A stretch of DNA of 64,000 nt from Eledone cirrhosa. Lineage: Eukaryota. Location: contig OZ024741.1 of assembly GCA_964016885.1 (NCBI GenBank), forward strand, positions 258,540,001 to 258,604,000, written 5' to 3'. The notes under the pieces were generated by a model, which saw only the letters and a program-made list of their open reading frames with translations, ran no database searches and had not been told where the DNA came from. How positions within the stretch are numbered: the first letter of the stretch is position 1; each line of letters opens with the position of its first letter. Shown here in pieces: positions 25,271-37,259 of the stretch. Both the position numbers and the translations under genes were made by a program.

Positions 25271-28200
25271 GTTGTTGCTGTTTTCTGTGTCAGTGCCAGT
25301 GTTGTTGTTGCTGTTTTCTCTGTCAGTGCCAATGTTGTTGTAGTTGTTGCTGTTTTCTGTGTCAGTGCCAGTGTTGTTGTTGTTGTTGCTGTTTTCTCAG
25401 TCAGTGCCAGTGTTGTTGTAGTTGTTGCTGTTTTCTGTGTCAGTGCCAGTGTTGTTGCTGTTGCTGTTTTCTCTGTCAGTGCCAGTGTTGTTGTAGTTGT
25501 TGCTGTTTTCTCTGTCAGTGCCAGTGTTGTAGTTGTTGCTGTTTTCTGTGTCAGTGCCAGTGTTGTTGTTGTTGCTGTTTTCTCTGTCAGTGCCAGTGTT
25601 GTTGTAGTTGTTGCTGTTTTCTCTGTCAGTGCCAGTGTTGTTGTAGTTGTTGCTGTTTTCTGTGTCAGTGCCGGTGTTGTTGTTGTTGCTGTTTTCTCTG
25701 TCAGTGCCAGTGTTGTTGTTGTTGCTGTTTTCTGTGTCAGTGCCAGTGTTTTTGTTGTTGCTGTTTTCTGTGTCAGTGCCAGTGTGTTTGTTGTTGCTGT
25801 TTTCTGTGTCAGTGCCAGTGTTGTTGTAGTTGTTGCTGTTTTCTGTGTCAGTGCCAGTGTTGTTGTAGTTGTTGCTTTTTTCAGTGTCAGTGCCAGTGTT
25901 GTTGTAGTTGTTGCTGTTTTCTCTGTCAGTGCCAGTTTTGTTGTAGTTGTTGCTGTTTTCTGTGTCAGTGCCAGTGTTGTTGTAGTTGTTGCTGTTTTCT
26001 TTGTCAGTGCCAGTGTTGTTGTTGTTGCTGTTTTCTCTGTCAGTGCCAGTGTTGTAGTTGTTGCTGTTTTCTCTGTCAGTGCCAGTGTTGTTGTTGTTGT
26101 TGCTGTTTTCTCTGTCAGTGCCAGTGTTGTTGTTGCTATTTTCACTGTCAGTGCCAGTGTTGTTGTTGTTGCTATTTTCACTGTCAGTGCCAGTGTTGTT
26201 GTTGTTACTGTTGCTGTTTTCTGTGTCAGTGCCAGAATTGTTGTTGTTACTGTTGCTGTTTTCTGTGCCAGTGTTATTGTTGCTGTTGTTGCTGTTTTGT
26301 CTGTCAGTGCCAGTGTTGTAGTTGTTGCTGTTTTCTCTGTCAGTGCCAGTATTGTTGTAGTTGTTGCTGTTTTCTGTGTCAGTGCCAGTGTTGTTGTTGT
26401 TGCTGTTTTCTGTGTCAGTGCCAGTGTTGTTGTTGTTGCTATTTTCACTGTCAGTGCCAGTGTTGTTGCTGTTGCTGTTTTCTCTGTCAGTGCCAGTGAT
26501 GTTGTAGTTGTTGCTGTTTTCTGTGTTAGTGCCAGTGTTGTTGTAGTTGTTGCTGTTTTCTGTGTCAGTGCCAGTGTTGTTGCTGTTGCTGTTTTCTCTG
26601 TCAGTGCCAGTGTTGTTGTAGTTGTTGCTGCTTTCTCTGTCAGTGCCAGTGTTGTTGTAGTTGTTTCTGTTTTCTGTGTCAGTGCCAGTGTTGTTGTTGT
26701 TGCTGTTTTCTCTGTCAGTGCCAGTGTTGTTGTAGTTGTTGCTGTTTTCTGTGTCAGTGCCACTGTTGTTGTTGCTGTTTTCTGTGTCTGTGCCAGTGTT
26801 GTTATTGTTGCTGTTTTCTCTGTCAGTGCCAGTGTTGTTGTTGCTGTTTTCTCTGTCAGTGCCAGTGTTGTTGTTGTTGCTGTTTTCTGTGTCAGTGCCA
26901 GTGTTGTTGTCGTTGTTGCTGTTTTCTGTGTCAGTGCCAGTGTTGTTGTAGTTGTTGCTGTTTTCTCTGTCAGTGCCAGTGTTGTTGTAGTTGTTGCTGT
27001 TTTCTCTGTCAGTGCCAGTGTTGTTGTAGTTGTTGCTGTTTTCTGTGTCAGTGTCAGTGTTTTTGTTGTTGCTGTTTTCTCTGTCAGTGCCAGTGTTGTT
27101 GTAGTTGTTGCTGTTTTCTCTGTCAGTGCCAGTGTTGTTGTAATTGTTGCTGTTTTCTGTATCAGTGCCAGTGTTGTTGCTGTTGTTGTTGTTTTCTGTG
27201 TCAGTGCCAGTGTTGTTGTTGTTGCTGTTTTCTGTGTCAGTGCCAGTGTTGTTGTTGCTGTTTTCTCTGTCAGTGCCAATGTTGTTGTAGTTGTTGCTGT
27301 TTTCTGTGTCAGTGCCAGTGTTGTTGTTGTTGTTGCTGTTTTCTCTGTCAGTGCCAGGGTTGTTGTAGTTGTTGCTGTTTTCTGTGTCAGTGCCAGTGTT
27401 GTTGCTGTTGCTGTTTTCTCTGTCAGTGCCAGTGTTGTTGTAGTTGTTGCTGTTTTCTCTGTCAGTGCCAGTGTTGTAGTTGTTGCTGTTTTCTGTGTCA
27501 GTGCCAGTGTTGTTGTTGTTGCTGTTTTCTCTGTCAGTGCCAGTGTTGTTGTAGTTGTTGCTGTTTTCTCTGTCAGTGCCAGTGTTGTTGTAGTTGTTGC
27601 TGTTTTCTGTGTCAGTGCCGGTGTTGTTGTTGTTGCTGTTTTCTCTGTCAGTGCCAGTGTTGTTGTTGTTGCTGTTTTCTGTGTCAGTGCCAGTGTTTTT
27701 GTTGTTGCTGTTTTCTGTGTCAGTGCCAGTGTGTTTGTTGTTGCTGTTTTCTGTGTCAGTGCCAGTGTTGTTGTAGTTGTTGCTGTTTTCTGTGTCAGTG
27801 CCAGTGTTGTTGTAGTTGTTGCTTTTTTCAGTGTCAGTGCCAGTGTTGTTGTAGTTGTTGCTGTTTTCTCTGTCAGTGCCAGTTTTGTTGTAGTTGTTGC
27901 TGTTTTCTGTGTCAGTGCCAGTGTTGTTGTAGTTGTTGCTGTTTTCTTTGTCAGTGCCAGTGTTGTTGTTGTTGCTGTTTTCTCTGTCAGTGCCAGTGTT
28001 GTAGTTGTTGCTGTTTTCTCTGTCAGTGCCAGTGTTGTTGTTGTTGTTGCTGTTTTCTCTGTCAGTGCCAGTGTTGTTGTTGCTATTTTCACTGTCAGTG
28101 CCAGTGTTGTTGTTGTTACTGTTGCTGTTTTCTGTGTCAGTGCCAGAATTGTTGTTGTTACTGTTGCTGTTTTCTGTGCCAGTGTTATTGTTGCTGTTGT

Positions 28201-29170
28201 TGCTGTTTTGTCTGTCAGTGCCAGTGTTGTAGTTGTTGCTGTTTTCTCTGTCAGTGCCAGTATTGTTGTAGTTGTTGCTGTTTTCTGTGTCAGTGCCAGT
28301 GTTGTTGTTGTTGCTGTTTTCTGTGTCAGTGCCAGTGTTGTTGTTGTTGCTATTTTCACTGTCAGTGCCAGTGTTGTTGCTGTTGCTGTTTTCTCTGTCA
28401 GTGCCAGTGATGTTGTAGTTGTTGCTGTTTTCTGTGTTAGTGCCAGTGTTGTTGTAGTTGTTGCTGTTTTCTGTGTCAGTGCCAGTGTTGTTGCTGTTGC
28501 TGTTTTCTCTGTCAGTGCCAGTGTTGTTGTAGTTGTTGCTGCTTTCTCTGTCAGTGCCAGTGTTGTTGTAGTTGTTTCTGTTTTCTGTGTCAGTGCCAGT
28601 GTTGTTGTTGTTGCTGTTTTCTCTGTCAGTGCCAGTGTTGTTGTAGTTGTTGCTGTTTTCTGTGTCAGTGCCACTGTTGTTGTTGCTGTTTTCTGTGTCT
28701 GTGCCAGTGTTGTTGTTGTTGCTGTTTTCTCTGTCAGTGCCAGTGTTGTTGTTGCTGTTTTCTCTGTCAGTGCCAGTGTTGTTGTTGTTGCTGTTTTCTG
28801 TGTCAGTGCCAGTGTTGTTGTCGTTGTTGCTGTTTTCTGTGTCAGTGCCAGTGTTGTTGTAGTTGTTGCTGTTTTCTCTGTCAGTGCCAGTGTTGTTGTA
28901 GTTGTTGCTGTTTTCTCTGTCAGTGCCAGTGTTGTTGTAGTTGTTGCTGTTTTCTGTGTCAGTGTCAGTGTTTTTGTTGTTGCTGTTTTCTCTGTCAGTG
29001 CCAGTGTTGTTGTAGTTGTTGCTGTTTTCTCTGTCAGTGCCAGTGTTGTTGTAATTGTTGCTGTTTTCTGTGTCAGTGCCAGTGTTGTTGCTGTTGTTGT
29101 TGTTTTCTGTGTCAGTGCCAGTGTTGTTGTTGTTGCTGTTTTCTGTGTCAGTGCCAGTGTTGTTGTTGCT
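25271..29170 (+). repeat. Higher-order tandem duplication, period 1,947 bp (1,911 bp after loss of one 36-bp monomer)
   Basis: GCCAATGTT at 25328/27275. ORF starts 25647/27594 and 26058/28005 (+1947), then 26736/28647 (+1911). Both copies share the GCCAGTATT, GTTAGT, GTCGTT and GTAATT variants. Confidence 0.92.
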
Positions 29171-31279
29171 ATTTTCACTGTCAGTGCCAGTGTTGTTGTA
29201 GTTGTTGCTCTTTTCTCTGTCAGTGCCAGTGTTGTTGTTGTTGCTGTTTTCTCTGTCAGTGCCAGTGTTGTTGTAGTTGTTGCTGTTTTCTGTGTCAGTG
29301 CCAGTGTTGTGGTAGTTGTTGCTGTTTTCTCTGTCAGTGCCAGTGTTGTTATAGTTGTTGCTGTTTTCTGTGTCAGTGCCAGTGTTGTTGTTGTTGCTGT
29401 TTTCTCTGTCAGTGCCAGTGTTGTTGTAGTTGTTGCTGTTTTCTCTGTCAGTGCCAGTTTTGTTGTAGTTGTTGCTGTTTTCTGTGTCAGTGCCAGTGTT
29501 GTTGTAGTTGTTGCTGTTTTCTCTGTCAGTGCCAGTGTTGTTGTTGCTGTTTTCTCTGTCAGTGCCAGTGTTGTAGTTGTTGATGTTTTCTCTGTCAGTG
29601 CCAGTGTTGTAGTTGTTGATGTTTTCTCTGTCAGTGCCAGTGTTGTTGTTGTTGCTATTTTCACTGTCAGTGCCAGTGTTGTTGTTGTTGCTGTTTTCTG
29701 TGTCAGTGCCAGTGTTGTTGTTGTTGCTGTTTTCTGTGTCAGTGCCAGTGTTGTTGTTGTTACTGTTGCTGTTTTCTGTGTCAGTGCCAGTCTTGTTGTT
29801 ACTGTTGCTGTTTTCTGTGCCAGAGCCAGTGTTATTTTTGCTGTTGTTGCTGTTTTCTGTGTCAGTGCCACTGTTGTTGTTGCTGTTGTTGCTGTTTTCT
29901 GTGTCAGTGCCAGTGTTGTTGTTGCTGTTGTTGCTGTTTTCTGTGTCAGTGCCAGTGTTGTTGTTGCTGTTGTTGCTGTTTTCCGTGCCAGTGTTGTTGT
30001 TGCTGTTTTCTCTGTCAGTGCCAGTGTTGTTGTAGTTGTTGCTGTTTTCTGTGTCAGTGCCAGTGTTGTTGTAGTTGTTGCTGTTTTCTCTGTCAGTGCC
30101 AGTGCTGTTGTATTTGTTGCTGTTTTCTGTGCCAGTGCCAGTGTTGTTGTTGCTGTTTTCTCTGTCAGTGCCACTGTTATTGTTGCTGTTTTGTCTGTCA
30201 GTTCCAGTGTTGTAGTTGTTGCTGTTTTCTCTGTCAGTGCCAGTGTTGTTGTTGTTGCTGTTTTCTGTGTCAGTGCCAGTGTTGTTGTAGTTGTTGCTGT
30301 TTTCTGTGTCAGTGCCAGTGTTGTTGTAGTTGTTGCTGTTTTCTGTGTCAGTGCCAGTGTTGTTGTAGTTGTTGCTGTTTTCTGTGTCAGTGCCAGTGTT
30401 GTTGTTGTTGCTGTTTTCTGTGTCAGTGCCAGTGTTGTTGTTGTTGCTATTTTCACTGTCAGTGCCAGTGTTGTTGCTGTTGCTGTTTTCTCTGTCAGTG
30501 CCAGTGATGTTGTAGTTGTTGCTGTTTTCTGTGTCAGTGCCAGTGTTGTTGTAGTTGTTGCTGTTTTCTCTGTCAGTGCCAGTGTTGTTGTTGTTGCTGT
30601 TTTCTGTGTCAGTGCCAGTGTTGTTGTTGTTGCTGTTTTCTGTGTCAGTGCCAGTGTTGTTGTTGTTGCTGTTTTCTCTGTCAGTGCCAGTGTTGTTGTA
30701 GTTGTTGCTGTTTTCTCTGTCAGTGCCAGTGTTGTTGTAGTTGTTGCCGTTTTCTGTGTCAGTGCCGGTGTTGTTGTTGTTGCTGTTTTCTCTGTCAGTG
30801 CCAGTGTTGTTGTTGTTGCTGTTTTCTGTGTCAGTACCAGTGTTGTTGTTGCTGTTTTCTGTGTCAGTGCCAGTGTTGTTGTTGTTGCTGTTTTCTGTGT
30901 CAGTGCCAGTGTTGTTGTAGTTGTTGCTGTTTTCTGTGTCAGTGCCAGTGTTGTTGTAGTTGTTGCTGTTTTCTGTGTCAGTGCCAGTGTTGTTGTAGTT
31001 GTTGCTGTTTTCTGTGTCAGTGCCAGTGTTGTTGTAGTTGTTGCTGTTTTCTCTGTCAGTGCCAGTGTTGTTGTAGTTGTTGCTGTTTTCTGTGTCAGTG
31101 CCAGTGTTGTTGTTGTTGCTGTTTTCTCTGTCAGTGCCAGTGTTGTTGTAGTTGTTGCTGTTTTCTCTGTCAGTGCCAGTTTTGTTGTAGTTGTTGCTGT
31201 TTTCTGTGTCAGTGCCAGTGTTGTTGTAGTTGTTGCTGTTTTCTCTGTCAGTGCCAGTATTGTTGTTGCTGTTTTCTCT

Positions 31280-34240
31280 GTCAGTGCCAGTGTTGTAGTT
31301 GTTGATGTTTTCTCTGTCAGTGCCAGTGTTGTTGTTGTTGCTGTTTTCTCTGTCAGTGTTGTTGTTGCTATTTTCACTGTCAGTGCCAGTGTTGTTGTTG
31401 TTGCTGTTTTCTGTGTCAGTGCCAGTGTTGTTGTTGTTGCTGTTTTCTGTGTCAGTGCCAGTGTTGTTGTTGTTACTGTTGTTGTTTTCTGTGTCAGTGC
31501 CAGTCTTGTTGTTGTTACTGTTGCTGTTTTCTGTGCCAGAGCCAGTGTTATTGTTGCTGTTGTTGCTGTTTTCTGTGTCAGTGCCAATGTTGTTGTTGCT
31601 GTTGTTGCTGTTTTCTGTGTCAGTGCCAGTGTTGTTGTTGCTGTTGTTGCTGTTTTCTGTGTCAGTGCCAGTGTTGTTGTTGCTGTTGTTGCTGTTTTCC
31701 GTGCCAGTGTTGTTGTAGTTGTTGCTGTTTTCTGTGTCAGTGCCAGTGTTCTTGCTGTTGCTGTTTTCTGTGTCAGTGCCAGTGTTGTTGTTGTTACTGT
31801 TGCTGTTTTCTGTGTCAGTTCCAGTGTTGTTGTTGTTGTTGCTGTTGCTGTTTTCTGTGCCAGTGCCAGTGTTATTGTTGCTGTTGTTGCTGTTTTCTCT
31901 GTCAGTGTCAGTGTTGTTGTAGTTGTTGCTGTTTTCTCTGTCAGTGCCAGTGTTGTTGTAGTTGTTGCTGTTTTCTCTGTCAGTGATAGTGTTGTTGTTG
32001 TTGCTGCTTTCTCTGTCAGTGTCAGTGTTGTAGTTGTTGCTGTTTTCTCTGTCAGTGCCAGTGTTGTTGTTGTTGTTGCTGTTTTCTGTGTCAGTGCCAG
32101 TGTTGTTGTTGTTGCTGTTTTCTGTCTCAGTGCCAGTGTTGTTGTTGTTGCTGTTTTCTCTGTCAGTGCCAGTGTTGTTGCTGTTGCTATTTTCACTGTC
32201 AGTGCCAGTGTTGTTGTTGCTGTTTTCTGTGTCAGTGCCAGTCTTGTTGTTGTTGCTGTTTTCTGTGTCAGTGCCAGTCTTGTTGTTGTTACTGTTGCTG
32301 TTTTCTGTGTCAGTTCCAGTGTTTCTGTTGCTGTTTTCTGTGCCAGTGCCAGTGTTATTGTTGCTGTTGTTGCTGTTTTCTGTGTCAGTGCCACGGTTGT
32401 TGTTGCTGTTGTTGCTGTTTCCTGTGTCAGTGCCAGTGTTGTTGTTGCTGTTGTTGCTGTTTTCTGTGTCAGTGCCAGTGTTGTTGTTGCTGTTGTTGCT
32501 GTTTTCCGTGCCAGTGTTGTTGTAATTGTTGCTGTTTTCTGTGTCAGTGCCGGTGTTGTTGTTGTTGCTGTTTTCTCTGTCAGTGCCAGTGTTGTTGTTG
32601 TTGCTGTTTTCTGTGTCAGTGCCAGTGTTGTTGTAGTTGTTGCTGTTTTCTGTGTCAGTGCCAGTGTTGTTGTAGTTGTTGCTGTTTTCTGTGTCAGTGC
32701 CAGTGTTGTTGTAGTTGTTGCTGTTTTCTCTGTCAGTGCCAGTGTTGTTGTAGTTGTTGCTGTTTTCTCTGTCAGTGCCAGTGTTGTTGTAGTTGTTGCT
32801 GTTTTCTGTGTCAGTGCCAGTGTTGTTGTTGCTGTTTTCTCTGTCAGTGCCAGTGTTGTTGTAGTTGTTGCTGTTTTCTCTGTCAGTGCCAGTGTTGTTG
32901 TAGTTGTTGCTGTTTTCTGTGTCAGTGCCAGTGTTGTTGCTGTTGCTGTTTTCTCTGTCAGTGCCAGTGTTGTTGTAGTTGTTGCTGTTTTCTCTGTCAG
33001 TGCCAGTGTTGTAGTTGTTGCTGTTTTCTGTGTCAGTGCCAGTGTTGTAGTTGTTGATGTTTTCTCTGTCAGTGCCAGTGTTGTTGTTGTTACTGTTTTC
33101 TCTGTCAGTGTTGTTGTTGCTATTTTCACTGTCAGTGCCAGTGTTGTTGTTGTTGCTGTTTTCTGTGTCAGTGCCAGTGTTGTTGTTGTTGCTGTTTTCT
33201 GTGTCAGTGCCAGTGTTGTTGTTGTTACTGTTGCTGTTTTCTGTGTCAGTGCCAGTCTTGTTGTTGTTACTGTTGCTGTTTTCTGTGCCAGAGCCAGTGT
33301 TATTGTTGCTGTTGTTGCTGTTTTCTGTGTCAGTGCCACTGTTGTTGTTGCTGTTGTTGCTGTTTTCTGTGTCAGTGCCAGTGTTGTTGTTGCTGTTGTT
33401 GCTGTTTTCTGTCTTAGTGCCAGTGTTGTTGTTGCTGTTGTTGCTGTTTTCCGTGCCAGTGTTGTTGTAGTTGTTGCTGTTTTCTGTGTCAGTGCCAGTG
33501 TTCTTGCTGTTGCTGTTTTCTGTGTCAGTGCCAGTGTTGTTGTTGTTACTGTTGCTGTTTTCTGTGTCAGTTCCAGTGTTGTTGTTGTTGTTGCTGTTGC
33601 TGTTTTCTGTGCCAGTGCCAGTGTTATTGTTGCTGTTGTTGCTGTTTTCTCTGTCAGTGCCAGTGTTGTTGTAGTTGTTGCTGTTTTCTCTGTCAGTTCC
33701 AGTGTTGTTGTAGTTGTTGCTGTTTTCTCTGTCAGTGATAGTGTTGTTGTTGTTGCTGCTTTCTCTGTCAGTGTCAGTGTTGTAGTTGTTGCTGTTTTCT
33801 CTGTCAGTGCCAGTGTTGTTGTTGTTGTTGCTGTTTTCTGTGTCAGTGCCAGTGTTGTTGTTGTTGCTGTTTTCTGTGTCAGTGCCAGTGTTGTTGTTGT
33901 TGCTGTTTTCTCTGTCAGTGCCAGTGTTGTTGCTGTTGCTATTTTCACTGTCAGTGCCAGTGTTGTTGTTGCTGTTTTCTGTGTCAGTGCCAGTCTTGTT
34001 GTTGTTGCTGTTTTCTGTGTCAGTGCCAGTGTTGTTGTTGTTACTGTTGCTGTTTTCTGTGTCAGTTCCAGTGTTTCTGTTGCTGTTTTCTGTGCCAGTG
34101 CCAGTGTTATTGTTGCTGTTGTTGCTGTTTTCTGTGTCAGTGCCACGGTTGTTGTTGCTGTTGTTGCTGTTTCCTGTGTCAGTGCCAGTGTTGTTGTTGC
34201 TGTTGTTGCTGTTTTCTGTGTCAGTGCCAGTGTTGTTGTA
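31280..34240 (+). repeat. Higher-order tandem duplication, period 1,752 bp (second copy partial)
   Basis: GTGATAGT at about 31983/33735 and TTTCCTGT at about 32418/34170. ORF starts 31299/33051, 31719/33471, 32034/33786. Confidence 0.9.
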
Positions 34241-37200
34241 GTTGCTGTTTTCTGTGTCAGTGCCAGTGTTGTTGTAGTTGTTGCTTTTTTCAGTGTCAGT
34301 GCCAGTGTTGTTGTAGTTGTTGCTGTTTTCTCTGTCAGTGCCAGTGTTGTTGTAGTTGTTGCTGTTTTCTTTGTCAGTGCCAGTGTTGTTGTTGTTGCTG
34401 TTTTCTGTCAGTGCCAGTGTTGTAGTTGTTGCTGTTTTCTCTGTCAGTGCCAGTGTTGTTGTTGTTGTTGCTGTTTTCTCTGTCAGTGCCAGTGTTGTTG
34501 TTATTGCTATTTTCACTGTCAGTGCCAGTGTTGTTGTTGTTGCTATTTTCACTGTCAGTGCCAGTGTTGTTGTTGTTACTGTTGCTGTTTTCTGTGTCAG
34601 TGCCAGAATTGTTGCTGTTACTGTTGCTGTTTTCTGTGCCAGTGTTATTGTTGCTGTTGTTGCTGTTTTGTCTGTCAGTGCCAGTGTTGTAGTTGTTGTT
34701 GTTTTCTCTGTCAGTGCCAGTGTTGTTGTAGTTGTTGCTGTTTTCTGTGTCAGTGCCAGTGTTGTTGCTGTTGCTGTTTTCTCTGTCAGTGCCAGTGTTG
34801 TTGTAGTTGTTGCTGCTTTCTCTGTCAGTGTCAGTGTTGTTGTAGTTGTTTCTGTTTTCTGTGTCAGTGCCAGTGTTGTTGTTGTTGCTGTTTTCTCTGT
34901 CAGTGCCAGTGTTGTTGTAGTTGTTGCTGTTTTCTGTGTCAGTGCCAGTGTTGTTTTAGTTGTTGCTGTTTTCTGTGTCAGTGCCAGTGTTGTTGTAGTT
35001 ATTGCTGTTTTCTCTGTCAGTGCCAGTGTTGTTGTAGTTGTTGCTGTTTTCTGTGTCAGTGCCAGTGTTGTTGTAGTTGTTGCTGTTTTCTCTGTCAGTG
35101 CCAGTGTTGTTGTAGTTGTTGCTGTTTTCTCTGTCAGTGCCAGTGTTGTTGTAGTTGTTGCTGTTTTCTGTGTCAGTGCCAGTGTTGTTGTTGCTGTTTT
35201 CTCTGTCAGTGCCAGTGTTGTTGTAGTTGTTGCTGTTTTCTGTGTCAGTGCCAGTGTTGTTGTAGTTGTTGCTGTTTTCTCTGTCAGTGCCAGTGTTGTT
35301 GTAGTTGTTGCTGTTTTCTGTGTCAGTGCCAGTGTTGTTGTTGTTGCTGTCTTCTCTGTCAGTGCCAGTGTTGTTGTAGTTGTTGCTATTTTCTCTGTCA
35401 GTGCCAGTTTTGTTGTAGTTGTTGCTGTTTTCTGTGTCAGTGCCAGTGTTGTAGTAGTTGTTGCTGTTTTCTCTGTCAGTGCCAGTGTTGTTGTTGTTGT
35501 TGCTGTTTTCTCTGTCAGTGTTGTTGTTGTTGCTATTTTCACTGTCAGTGCCAGTGTTGTTGTTGTTGCTGTTTTCTGTGTCAGTGCCAGTGTTGTTGTT
35601 GTTGTTGCTGTTTTCTGTGTCAGTGCCAGTGTTGTTGTTGTTACTGCTGCTGTTTTCTGTGTCAGTGCCAGTGTTGTTGTTGCTGTTGTTGCTGTTTTCT
35701 GTGTCAGTGCCAGTGTTGTTGTTGCTGTTTTCCGTGCCAGTGTTGTTGTAGTTGTTGCTGTTTTCTGTGTCAGTGCCAGTTTTCTTGCTGTTGCTGTTTT
35801 CTGTGTCAGTGCCAGTGTTGTTGTTGTTACTGTTGCTGTTTTCTGTGTCAGTTCCAGGGTTGTTGTTGTTGTTGCTGTTGCTGTTTTCTGTGCCAGTGCC
35901 AGTGTTATTGTTGCTGTTGTTGCTGTTTTCTCTGTCAGTGCCAGTGTTGTTGTAGTTGTTGCTGTTTTCTCTGTCAATGCCAGTGTTGTTGTAGTTGTTG
36001 CTGTTTTCTGTGTCAGTGCCAGTGTTGTTGTAGTTGTTGCTGTTTTCTCTGTCAGTGCCAGTGTTGTTGTTGTTAGTGTTGCTGTTTTCTGTGTCAGTTC
36101 CAGTGTTGCTGTTGCTGTTTTCTGTGCCAGTGCCAGTGTTATTGTTGCTGTTTTCTGTGTCAGTGCCACGGTTGTTGTTGCTGTTGTTGCTGTTTTCTGT
36201 GTCAGTGCCAGTGTTGTTGATGCTGTTGTTGCTGTTTTCTGTGTCAGTGCCAGTGTTGTTGTTGCTGTTTTCCGTGCCAGTGTTGTTGTAGTTGTTGCTG
36301 TTTTCTGTGTCAGTGCCAGTGTTGTTGTAGTTGTTGCTGTTTTCTGTGTCAGTGCCAGTGTTGTTGTAGTTGTTGCTGTTTTCTGTGTCAGTGCCAGTGT
36401 TGTTGTAGTTGTTGCTGTTTTCTGTGTCAGTGCCAGTGTTGTTGTTTTCTCTGTCAGTGCCAGTGTTGTTGTAGTTGTTGCTGTTTTCTCTGTCAGTGCC
36501 AGTGTTGTTGTTGTTGCTGTTTTCTCTGTCAGTGCCAGTGTTGTTGTTGTTGCTGTTTTCTCTGTCAGTGCCAGTGTTGTTGTAGTTGTTGCTGTTTTCT
36601 GTGTCAGTGCCAGTGTTGTTGCTGTTGTTGCTGTTTTCTGTGTCAGTGCCAGTGTTGTTGTTGCTGTTTTCTCTGTCAGTGGCAGTGTTTTTGTTGTTGC
36701 TGTTTTCTGTGTCAGTGCCAGTGTTGTTCTAGTTGTTGATGTTTTCTGTGCCAGTGCCAGTGTTGTTGTAGTTGTTGCTGTTTTCTCTGTCAGTGCCAGT
36801 GTTGTTGTAGTTGTTGCTGTTTTCTCTGTCAGTGCCAATGTTGTTGTAGTTGTTGCTGTTTTCTGTGTCAGTGCCAGTGTTGTTGTTGTTGCTGTTTTCT
36901 CTGTCAGTGCCAGTGTTGTTGTAGTTATTGCTGTTTTCTGTGTCAGTGCCACTGTTGTTGTTGCTGTTTTCTGTGTCAGTGCCAGTGTTGTTGTTGTTGC
37001 TGTTTTCTCTGTTAGTGCCAGTGTTGTTGTTGCTGTTTTCTCTGTCAGTGCCAGTGTTGTTGTTGTTGCTGTTTTCTGTGTCAGTGCCATTTTCTATGTC
37101 AGTGCCAGTGTTGTTGTTGCTGTTGTTGCTGTTTTCTGTGTCAGTGTTGTTGCTGTTTCTGTTTTCTCTGTCAGTGCCAGTGTTGTTGTAGTTGTTGCTG

Positions 37201-37259
37201 TTTTCTCTGTCAGTGCCAGTGTTGTTGTAGTTGTTGCTGTTTTCTGTGTCAGTGCCGGT

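Noticed and set aside
7676-36076. 9,466-aa plus-strand ORF of (VSASVVVVVAVF[C/S])n, and similar ORFs at 4897, 34356, 39454, 42791, 43959, 47332 and 52676
   Set aside because: Of the consensus codons in this frame, only TGT is one substitution from a stop (realised once, TGA at 62813), so openness is expected without selection. The product would be implausibly hydrophobic, the starts are incidental non-ATG codons, and the ORFs change repeat frame at the 2-bp deletions.
25397-37090. Asn-rich minus frame (TGTD[T/R]ENSNNYNN)n resembling a low-complexity or biomineralisation protein
   Set aside because: It is an alternative reading of the same monomer. It is interrupted by TGA/TAA (2536, 25397, 40582, 45084 and the other TTATCT/TTATGT variants), and both common dimorphisms are non-synonymous in it.
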